From Histomonas meleagridis 2922-C6/04-290x (lineage: Eukaryota; Protista; Parabasalia), in NCBI GenBank assembly GCA_020184695.1, contig JAANOX010000002.1:1-64000 (forward strand): DNA of 64,000 nt, written 5' to 3'. Position numbers and translations under genes: made by a program. The notes beneath the pieces were generated by a model. That model was not told where the DNA came from. It did not search any database and was given only the letters and a program-made list of their open reading frames with translations. This document shows positions 44,026 to 53,549 of the stretch, piece after piece (the stretch's first letter is position 1; every line of letters begins with the position of its first letter).

Positions 44026-46503
44026 TTATTCTGGAATCGATACTTCATTTTGTGCTAAATATTCTCTCGTTTCTTCAATGGTTTGTAAGAACAAAAACTC
44101 CCTAAATCCCTCAAGCGACAGCTTCCGCATGCCTTTTACCGAACTCGACAAAGCCAAAAATCTCATTTGCTTTGCCTTTATAGACATAACTTTCTTTAAA
44201 AAATCCGACGCATTATTCATAATTTCAAAGAATTTAACCCATTCACCTGTATTCGAAAATTTCCAAATTTTCAAAGCGATTTGAACCTGATCACTCAAAA
44301 TCACATTTTCAGGAATTCTTGGAATAAATGAATAAAGGCCAGCTTCATCATCTACTCCAATAGAATACACAATTCTATAACAAAAAAATTCACAAATATT
44401 TTCATATTCCCCAAAATTCATTTTGTAAAGTTTTTCTAAAGATGTCATAGATTGGTTGAAATTACCCCAATCTTCGTTCATTATAGCCAGGTGGGCATGT
44501 TTTTCATATACTTTTACACAAAATGGATTTTCAATATGTTGAACAAGTAAATCTTGTCTAATACTTCTCAATTGCTCAGAGATATATTCGTAGTCTTTGT
44601 TTTGCTCATATTTCCCTAAACAATATTCAAAACTCTGTATTAAAATAGGAAGTGGTCGGAAATTTGATGCATCTGGTAATGTATTTCCAGCAAGTCGTAA
44701 GTACTGTTTCTCCATTGCAGTGGATGTACCTACAATAGGCGCAGGTTCTTCGACTTCTTTCTTTATGATTGGTTTATGAAGTGGTAATTTCTTTGGCAAT
44801 GGAGGCAGTTGAGTTACTTTATTTTGTTTCTTAGGTTTAGTTTTCTTTTGTTTTTGAAATTTTTTGTTTTTATTAATTTTCGTTTGTTTGTTGGGTTCAT
44901 TGCCGATGTCACTTTCCCTATCGTACTCGTCATCGTCCGAATATCTGAAAAAGTTTCGATTTCTGTGGTCATAACCGTTTTCATCGTCGCTTGAATATCG
45001 ATTTTCGTTGTTATACTTTGCACTGACATCGCGTTTATTATCATAATTTTTATCATTATATCCAAGGCCGCGCTTTTGGTTATCATTGTATTGCTGACTT
45101 CGTTCATTATCAGTGTATTTTTTGTCGCGCCTGTTGTCGTATTGTTCGCTTTCATTGTTTGCGTATCGATTTAATGGTTTTCTATTGTCATAATTTTCGT
45201 CATCATATCTAAAGTCGCGTTTTTGATTGCTATAGTTTTCGTCATCATATCCAAAGTCTCGCTTTTGGTTATCGTTGTATTGTTGACTTCGTTCATTGTG
45301 AGTGTATCTGTTTAATGGTCTTCGATCATCAAATTTTTCGCTGTCGCTTCTGACGTTTTCAGGCGGGCGATTAAAGCGCATCACTTGATCATTGGTTGGC
45401 TGACTTTGATAATTGTTCATTTGCTCGCTATTAAATTGGTTATAATTTCTGTTTTCGCTATTAAATTGATTTTCATCATAATATCCAAAGCCGCGCTTTT
45501 GATTATCATTGTATTGTTGGCTTTGTTCATTGTCGCGCCTGTTGTCGTATTGTTCGCTTTCGTTGCTTGCGTATCGATTTAATGGTTTTCTATTGTCATA
45601 ATTTTCGTCATCATATCCAAAGTCGCGCTTTTGGTTATCGTTGTATTGCTGGCTTCGTTCATTGTGAGTGTATCTGTTTAATGGTCTTCGATCATCAAAT
45701 TTTTTGCTGTTACTTCTGATGTTTTCAGGCGGGCGATTAAAGCGCATCGCTTGATCATTGGTTGGCTGACTTTGGTAATCGTTCATTTGCTCGCTATTAA
45801 ATTGGTTATAACTTCTGTTTTCGTAATTATATCCTTTCTGAAGGCTGCTTGGTACATACCTGTTTGAATCATTGCTGATAAATTGATTTTTCTCATTTTC
45901 ATAATGATTGTAATTTCTTTGATCATTGTTAAATTGGTTACTTGGATTATACTGTTTTGGCATATTGTTATATTGACTATAATTCATTTGATTGTTTTGC
46001 ACATTGTATTGGTTATATCCTTGTTGTGGTTCATTGTTATAATTTCTTTGTATATACTGTACATTTTGGTTGTACCCTTGATGTTGTTTGTATGGAGTTT
46101 GGTTGTAATTGTTAGGATACTGATTGTATTGTTGCTGATTAAAACCAATTTGATTTGTACTAAAAGGAATTGAATTAGGTGGCTGCATCTTTTGTTGTTT
46201 GATGATAGTATTTTGTGATGAGCTTTTTTCATTTTCTGATGAAATAACAAGAGGTTCTTCATTCCAATTGTGTCTAGTAAGTGACCCACGCGTTTTGTGA
46301 ACTTCTATGCGTTCTAGTAAGTGATTTGATACTAATTTAACAGACTCGCTGTCATTACACTGAGCAAAGCACCTATTAACATATTTCTTTAGAGATTCTG
46401 GAAATTTTTCCATATACTGAACTTTCTTTAGAAAATCTAGTGGCGGTCCCTTAGGTTTATTTATTTTCTGGCTGCTAGAGTCGCCTCGGGAAAGCATGTC
46501 CAC
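44026..46503 (-). CDS. SAC3/GANP/THP3 (LENG8-like) PCI-domain protein with N/Q/Y- and R/D-rich disordered region
   Basis: GTSTAMEKQYLRL, RPLPIL, EQLRSIRQDLLVQHI and VYEKHAHLAI..EDWGNFNQ. Confidence 0.8.
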   Translation of the reverse strand: MDMLSRGDSSSQKINKPKGPPLDFLKKVQYMEKFPESLKKYVNRCFAQCNDSESVKLVSNHLLERIEVHKTRGSLTRHNWNEEPLVISSENEKSSSQNTIIKQQKMQPPNSIPFSTNQIGFNQQQYNQYPNNYNQTPYKQHQGYNQNVQYIQRNYNNEPQQGYNQYNVQNNQMNYSQYNNMPKQYNPSNQFNNDQRNYNHYENEKNQFISNDSNRYVPSSLQKGYNYENRSYNQFNSEQMNDYQSQPTNDQAMRFNRPPENIRSNSKKFDDRRPLNRYTHNERSQQYNDNQKRDFGYDDENYDNRKPLNRYASNESEQYDNRRDNEQSQQYNDNQKRGFGYYDENQFNSENRNYNQFNSEQMNNYQSQPTNDQVMRFNRPPENVRSDSEKFDDRRPLNRYTHNERSQQYNDNQKRDFGYDDENYSNQKRDFRYDDENYDNRKPLNRYANNESEQYDNRRDKKYTDNERSQQYNDNQKRGLGYNDKNYDNKRDVSAKYNNENRYSSDDENGYDHRNRNFFRYSDDDEYDRESDIGNEPNKQTKINKNKKFQKQKKTKPKKQNKVTQLPPLPKKLPLHKPIIKKEVEEPAPIVGTSTAMEKQYLRLAGNTLPDASNFRPLPILIQSFEYCLGKYEQNKDYEYISEQLRSIRQDLLVQHIENPFCVKVYEKHAHLAIMNEDWGNFNQSMTSLEKLYKMNFGEYENICEFFCYRIVYSIGVDDEAGLYSFIPRIPENVILSDQVQIALKIWKFSNTGEWVKFFEIMNNASDFLKKVMSIKAKQMRFLALSSSVKGMRKLSLEGFREFLFLQTIEETREYLAQNEVSIPE
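45085..45815 (-). repeat. Coding tandem duplication, period 366 nt (122 aa), with shorter sub-repeats
   Basis: aggcgggcgattaaagcgca occurs at 45361 and 45727; the protein repeats YNQFNSEQMN..MRFNRPPEN..RRPLNRYTHNERSQQYNDNQKRDFGYDDEN. Confidence 0.85.
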
Positions 46504-46902
46504 TCAAGATAACGTCCGATACTTAAGTTAACGTTCTCTTATTGGGCGTTTGTCAATAACAATAAAAAATGGTATCATTAAATTAGATTTTAAGTTATCT
46601 ACTCAAAGTGTTAACCTGACCTTCATTATTTTTTTAATTAAGTTTAAGGTGATTAACAAAAAAAAATTGTAAAATGTTCATAAAAACGGTATCAAAAAGC
46701 TGACTCACTTTCTTGTTACATTTTCCCGAATTTTGAATGCTTTCCATTAAGTGAGCCAGTCGTAAAAAAAACATACTGTCGTCATAAATATTCCTATTTC
46801 TCTAGTAGTTATAGTGATTATCATTTTTTGAAAAAATATCATTCAATTCACAATCCACATTTAAATGTTATATAAAAACAATTATTAGTTTTGAATAAAA
46901 AA

Positions 46903-49882
46903 TTATATTTTAATGAGTTCCGATAAAAAATAAGCAAACCATTTTTTGTTTCTGTCAATCTCTTTTTTTCTTGGAAACAAATTAACAATTTCATAATTTT
47001 CTGTATAATTAAGTGCTGTTTTAAATAATTCAAATAATTTCCAAATAATATTTTAAAATAGCATATCATTAAAATAAACTTTAATTAAAATTAATAAGAA
47101 TCTTTAGCATTAATATCAATTCCTTCTTGTTCAAGAAGTAATTTAACTATTTCTGTATAACCATTTTTAGATGCCCAAATAAGTGCTGTCCAAAATAATT
47201 TAAATAATTTCCAAATATTATTTTGAAATATCAAATTATTAAAATAAATTTTAATTAAAACAAATAAATATCTTTAGCATTAATATCAATTCCTTCTTGC
47301 ACAAGAAGTAATTTAACTATTTCTGCATAACCATTTTTAGATGCTATTATAAGTGCTGTTCTAAATAATTTAAATAATTTCTAAATATTATTTTTAAACA
47401 TGGAATTATAAGATTAAATATTAAATAAAACAAATAAATTTCTTTGGCATTAATATCAATTTCTTTTTGTTCGAGAAGTAATTTAACCATATCTATATAT
47501 CCATTCTCAGTTGCTTCCATAAGTGCAGTTTTATATAATATGATTAAACTCCTAATTATATATTGAAATATTGTAGAATTATTTTGATAGACATTTTTGA
47601 TATTTATATCAATTCTTTTATAATTAAGAAGCATTTTTAATATTTCAGTTTCATTACCTGAACAAATTCTGATTAATGCTGTATCAAAATTTTAAAAAAA
47701 ATTCCTAATATAAAAATTAGTTATTACTAATATTTATAATGAAAATCTATAAATAAAAAATTAGAAGTCTTGGGCATTTATATTAACATTATTTTGCTTA
47801 AGTAGTAATTTTACAATTTCTTCGTGTCCTCTCAAATAAGAATCAATAAATGTCAACCTAAATTAATTTAATAAACTTCTTATGTATTGCAAAAAAAACT
47901 TCCACATGACATCATTAATGCTGTTCTAATTTATTTAAAAAAATCCCAAAAAATATATTTAAACTTCATTTCATAAAAACAAATTATAAGTTTTATAAAT
48001 GTACATCACAAGAATTAATATCAATTTCTTTATGGTTAAGAAGTAATTTAACAACTTCAACTTGACTTCTAAAACATGCTACCATTAAAGGTGTAACAAA
48101 AATTGTATTTAAATTCCATGACGTATAAGATAACTAGAGAAAATAAAGAAATGAAATATTTTTTATATTCACATTAGTTTGAGGTTGTTTAAGAAGTAAT
48201 TCAACAATATCAACAAATCCTTTTTTAGATGCTATATACAGTGCTGATACAAAAAAATAAATATACTGTGAAAAAAAAATAAACATTAGGTGTATCAATA
48301 TTAATTCCATTTTTTATAAATAATTTTACTATTTCAGTGTAATGTCTTCGAGCAGCTATCACAAGTGGTGCTGAAAAAATATTTAATTTGTTCTAAAAGT
48401 TATTATTTAACTTTAAAATATTTTATTAAATGTGTACTGTTGTATTAACAAAAAATTTTTTCTTTATTAAGATTTTAACAATTTCGAGGTTTACATTCTT
48501 TAAAGAAATTTCAACAAGTGAATTAACAAATATATATAATTAAACATAAATTACACAATTTAAACAGGAAATTATTATATTATATATTTATCAATATAAA
48601 TAAAAAAATTCGATATTTCCTTTTACTCTTTTTAATAAAAATTTAAATATATCAACATATCCATACTCACATGTTACCAAAATTGATTTATAAAATATTT
48701 ATAAAAAATACCAGTGGTTTCATCAATATAAAAAATAGTTTGTTGTAGTATATATCTATATATATATTTAACAAGTTCAAGATTACCTGATGTAGTTGAT
48801 GATATAAAAATATCTTTTGAAATTTCGATTTTTTTAATATAATGTTTCATAAGGAATAAATTACCATTCTCAGCTAATTTTTTAATAAATGCGTCATTAA
48901 TTTTCATACCATTCTTTTCTAAAAATGATAAAATTTGATAATTATAACATTCAACACATTTGATTCCTAAATTTGTTATATCTATTATTTCAATGATTTT
49001 ATTTTCATAAAGATAATTAAAGATATCATTTCGATGATATTCAATTGCTGTTTCATATCCATCTTCAAATGATGAATGATTTTGTTCACATAAATGAATA
49101 ATTTCTTCATTACCACTTGCGATTGCATATTTACCTGCGTTATTTACTGTTGCACCATTCATAAGTAAAAATTTAAAACATTTAATTGATCCAAAAAATG
49201 CTGCATAATCAATTAATGTAATATCTTTGGATTTGTTGAGTTCATTAAAATAGAGATCATAATAAGAATATGATATTGTTTGCTTAAAATCAAAGTTCGA
49301 TTGTGATGATATTTCTTGAAGGTTTTCAACATCATCATTTCGTATGATTTGCATAATTTCGTTTCGTGTAAATCTTTCATGAATAAGAGTTTTATGGAGT
49401 TCCCAATCATTTTTCTTTAGATTTTTACAATCATAATTAGGCCAACATTTGTTTTGATCAAGTCTCCAATGTGCAAAATAAAATTCTTTAGTATAATGAA
49501 CAATTTTCGGATCAACTATTCCATGCTCAAACATATATTCCAAAAGAAAATTGGAAACTTTGGTTTTTTTCTTATGATGAAGAAATATAATAAATAAATT
49601 TAAAATGGAATTGAAGTGAAATTCAATGCTTTCTTCTTCTTTTTGATTTAATAAAAGTAAATAATCAATATATATTTTAGGGTCAATACAACGTTGATAG
49701 AAAGAAACATATAGTAAATGTATAGTATCATAATTATATGTAATAATATTTCGATCATCATTCAATAATTTTAATGTTGAATATACTGAATCCTCAACAT
49801 TACTTTCTTCCAACCCGAAAATAATGTCTTCCATTTTTTGGTAATTTTGTAAATATTTTTTTAGATTTATTCCTTTTCCCAT
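46903..49882 (-). CDS. DUF3447-type ankyrin-repeat gene B, interrupted by about 30 17-nt spacers; some 5' junctions are degenerate
   Basis: ORF 48674-49882 (TLIDYAAFFGSIKCFKFLL) continues through ankyrin units starting at 48689, 48524, 48371, 48247, 48094, 47924, 47682, 47529, 47359, 47189 and 47019, ending TALNYTENYEIVNLF...KI* at 46903. Confidence 0.65.
47023..48709 (-). other. Spacer/single-codon junction array, locus B (1 to 4 spacers per junction)
   Basis: Decoded loops include SCDIEGRTAL, KNYNGKTAL, KENHRRTAL, KDKDGWTAL and KDKAGKTAL. Confidence 0.8.
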
Positions 49883-50794
49883 TTAACAAATTAACATTTG
49901 CTTGCTCAATTTTGTGTAAACCATTCATCTTATTAAGGTACCTAACCTCCGATTTTAATTCAATATTAACATGCTGTTTGCACCATAAATAAGTGGACAA
50001 ACGATGGGAATTTCAATACTTTTTTCTGTGAGAAACTGTTTATCGATCATTTAATCTGTCTATCGTTTTCCCAGGGTTTTTGGCAGCAAACATAAAATCA
50101 CAACAGAAGCACAAAGTTGTATTTATGGGTATCGAAATCAAAATTTTCATTTACCTTGGTCGATGTAATTTTTTTATACGTAGGGAATGTAATTATAAGG
50201 AATATATGAATTCTGAATTGACGCTTATCAAAAAAAATGTGGAATATGCATTTAAACTTGTTATAGATTGAAAAAATTAAATACTAGAAAGCCATTATTA
50301 TTTTCATTTACATTTTAGAGAATAAATTATCGGTCGAGCCAATCGTGGCGCATTTTGAATTCAAAAAACAATTTATATTGGAACAATTACTTTATGTAAA
50401 ACACTCATTTATTATTGGTTCGGAAGTTATACTATTTACTTGTCAAGCATTTTTGATCATGTGAATAAGGAAATTATAAATCCTCATTAAAAAAGCGTTT
50501 GATAATTTGAGAATTTCTTTAAATTATTTTGTGGAAATAATCACTTTTTGAATACAAACGTTTCGAAAACCATCCATAATCGATTGTCATAAAATGTCAA
50601 ATGTTTTCAAATTGTTCATGGTCTGTGATTGATCACACGATCATCGGTTTGATTCAATTATTTCAATACGACAATGTATGATAAAAACGATTGCAATCCT
50701 CACAAAAGTAATTATTGGCTGACCATTTGAAACCTAGTTTACATTTTATTCAAAGAAAATCTGTTAATAACCGTTTTATTTTTGCTGCAATTTT

Positions 50795-51520
50795 ATGTCT
50801 AGAACAATCATAAAGGTTCCAATCGAATATCTCCCAGTAAATTCTAAAAATATTCCACTATTTCTTCCAATTGTTTGCAGTTATATAAAATCTAATGCAT
50901 CAACAGTTGGAATATTTAGAATCCCTGGAAGTAAAGACCAAGTACTTTGTATCAATGAATCCCTTGCGCAACATGTTCCTTCTCTCCCACAGAATTCAAG
51001 AACTTCGGATGTAGCTTCTTTCCTGAAGTTATGGCTCCTTGATCTTCCAACACCACTTATACAGCCAGAAATTTTTAATCAATATTTCTTGTCTCAAACA
51101 ATTGGTTGTATTTATTCACTGGTTGACCATCTACCAACTCCAAATAGAAGATCTTTAGCATTAATAATCTCAATGTTAAAGGTTTTAATTCAGCATTCAG
51201 ATGAAAATAAGATGACTATGAAAAATCTTGCAACATGTTTTGTTCCTGCTTTAACACAATCATTCAAAAAATTGAAGAAAACATTTCCATTTTCGTTTAT
51301 TATCAACAGTTTAATTTCAATTTTAAATGAAACCGAAACAGATTTTGTTACTCCTCGTGATGCAGTAAACCATGTCCTTGTAGAAAGTAAAACTGCTCCA
51401 ACAATAGCTCCCAGACATCATCGTGATAGTCTTCGATTCCACAAAGATTCCAAACATAGAAGAGCACGAAAGGAAAATCGTATGGCTGGTTCTCTTTGTT
51501 TATCTCCTATTGTGTTTTGA
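50795..51520 (+). CDS. RhoGAP domain protein
   Basis: GIFRIPGS arginine finger, DVASFLKLWLLDLPTPLI and NKMTMKNLATCFVP. Confidence 0.9.
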   Translation: MSRTIIKVPIEYLPVNSKNIPLFLPIVCSYIKSNASTVGIFRIPGSKDQVLCINESLAQHVPSLPQNSRTSDVASFLKLWLLDLPTPLIQPEIFNQYFLSQTIGCIYSLVDHLPTPNRRSLALIISMLKVLIQHSDENKMTMKNLATCFVPALTQSFKKLKKTFPFSFIINSLISILNETETDFVTPRDAVNHVLVESKTAPTIAPRHHRDSLRFHKDSKHRRARKENRMAGSLCLSPIVF

Positions 51521-51776
51521 AATGTTTATTAAACTTATCGAAGGGATTTTTAGTTTTTTTATTCAAAGTCAAATTCAAATTGATGTTTTGAGATGTTTAC
51601 ATTATCATAAAACGATACCACTCTGAATTTTAAACCACTTTTTATGACATAATAATTTATTCAAATTTCAATTGATTTAACGAATAAACCGTATTTCGAT
51701 AAATTGGCGCCATTTTCCTGGGGGTAAATTAACGTTCTATTGGGGGTGCCCTGAACAGTTAAATCTGTTATTACAG

Positions 51777-53483
51777 ATGGAAGAAGAAGATTATGAAGTT
51801 ATTGATGATTTTGAACTTGAAGAAGATGAAGATACATCGAAATTTAAGAAGGTAATGTTATCAGATGATTCTGATGACGATGAAGAGACTTTTGAAATTC
51901 TTCTTCGAAATGCAAAATCTCAAACAACCACAAGTAAACAACAATTAACAGAATCTACAACAGAAAATCAAACAAGCGATCTTATTGAAAATTCAGATAT
52001 TTTTGTTCGAGCAATTCTTTCACAAATGCGACTGCATGAAACATTAAACACCTTTCAAGCCGAGTGGTATCGTCTTGAATCAACCGGGTCTCTTGACAAA
52101 TCACAAATTACCAAAGTACCAATTATGTATTTAGATTATTATTATCTTGATCAAAAACTTAGAAAACTTCAATCCGATGTTCAACACATGAAAGATGCCG
52201 CAACTAAAGTCCAAAAAACCTGGGCCAAACTCAAGACGTCTCGAAACGGTTACAAACTTGCTCATATGCGCGTTGGCCATGAAAAGCATCGGACGCTTGA
52301 AGCCATTCGTAGTTACCTCCATCAAACGAATCAAAAGATGCCAACTCTTGATGACTACAACTCGAAAATCGAAACAGCAGATAAAGATCGAATGCTTCTC
52401 GAGCTCGAAGTCCAACGACTCCGCCAACTCCACGAGCGCCTTCTTGCTTCTCAGCCCAAACCGAAGACGCCCAAAGCCTCATCACGACAAGAATCGAAAA
52501 TGTCCGATCCTAATGAGAAACCCACAGTAAACATCAAAGCAATTCTACCTGGGAACGCTGCGCTCAATCCATATGAGCACGCGTCGCGTCCCGACATTGA
52601 GCATCTTACGCATCGTGTTGTTCACCATGCGCACGATTCTCCGATTGGAGCCGTCGCAATCCATCCGAAGCGTCGCGTGTACGCGACAGGCGGCGATGAC
52701 GGCGTCTGGCACCTCTGGAATTCGGACAACTCCGAACTGTTGATCAGTGGTAGTGGCCATAGCAATTGGATATCGCATTTATCATTCCATCCGCGCGGTG
52801 CACATTTAGCGACGACATCAGCAGATGGCAGCACTCGGATATGGGATTTCTTGTCATCTAAATGCGCGTTAGTATTACAAGGCCATTTAGATGTTGTATG
52901 GGGATGTGACTTTCATTTTGGCGGACGTCTCATTACAACGTGTGGGAGTGACTCTACGTTACGTATCTATGATTTACAAGGCGGACAAGAGATATCCATT
53001 TTAAGAGGTCATGAACGAGATATTAATGACATAAAATGGATACCTTATAGTAACGTAATGGTTACTGCCGGAGCTGATCATTTAGTAGGTTTATGGGACG
53101 CAAGAGAAAGCGCTATGGTAAATAGAGGAATCGGACACGAGGCAACAGTGTTCGCTGTCGCACCGGCGCTTGATGGGAAAACGGTTACGAGTGTTGATGC
53201 AAAAGGAAGAATTAAGATTTGGGACATGAGGAAAATGGCGCCGGTATGCGAAATGGATTATGGAAGGCAACTAAATGATTGCGCTGTGGACGCAACAGGC
53301 GAATTTATATTTGTTGCTGCTGATGATGGTAAAGCTGAGGTTTTGATGAAAGAAGATTCAGGTGCTTCATGGGTAATGTCTTCTTTTGATCAGCCTTGTG
53401 AAGCTATCGCGGTTAATAATGAGTGCGATATGGTGGTTTGTAGTGCTGCGGATGGAAGTGTTGCTGTTTGCACAAAGAATTAA
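51777..53483 (+). CDS. SPAG16: Flagellar central-apparatus WD40 protein PF20/SPAG16
   Basis: DIFVRAIL..MRLHETLNTFQAEWY N-terminus, coiled coil with YKLAHMRV..EK, then seven WD40 repeats. Confidence 0.8.
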   Translation: MEEEDYEVIDDFELEEDEDTSKFKKVMLSDDSDDDEETFEILLRNAKSQTTTSKQQLTESTTENQTSDLIENSDIFVRAILSQMRLHETLNTFQAEWYRLESTGSLDKSQITKVPIMYLDYYYLDQKLRKLQSDVQHMKDAATKVQKTWAKLKTSRNGYKLAHMRVGHEKHRTLEAIRSYLHQTNQKMPTLDDYNSKIETADKDRMLLELEVQRLRQLHERLLASQPKPKTPKASSRQESKMSDPNEKPTVNIKAILPGNAALNPYEHASRPDIEHLTHRVVHHAHDSPIGAVAIHPKRRVYATGGDDGVWHLWNSDNSELLISGSGHSNWISHLSFHPRGAHLATTSADGSTRIWDFLSSKCALVLQGHLDVVWGCDFHFGGRLITTCGSDSTLRIYDLQGGQEISILRGHERDINDIKWIPYSNVMVTAGADHLVGLWDARESAMVNRGIGHEATVFAVAPALDGKTVTSVDAKGRIKIWDMRKMAPVCEMDYGRQLNDCAVDATGEFIFVAADDGKAEVLMKEDSGASWVMSSFDQPCEAIAVNNECDMVVCSAADGSVAVCTKN

Positions 53484-53549
53484 AAATTTTTGTTTGAATA
53501 AATAAAGTATTGAAAATGCGTCTCGCGTACGTTTAACTTTTTAGAAGAA

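Noticed and set aside
34699-46503. NOL9/Clp1-like RNA kinase and THP3/LENG8 gene as the trans-acting machinery for spacer removal
   Set aside because: Both are ordinary conserved RNA-processing genes, and proximity in a eukaryotic genome is not evidence of a shared pathway.
52131-52834. Overlapping ORFs and raised GC inside SPAG16
   Set aside because: Higher GC lowers stop frequency in other frames; these ORFs have no recognisable motifs. The same applies to the many short antisense ORFs in the track.
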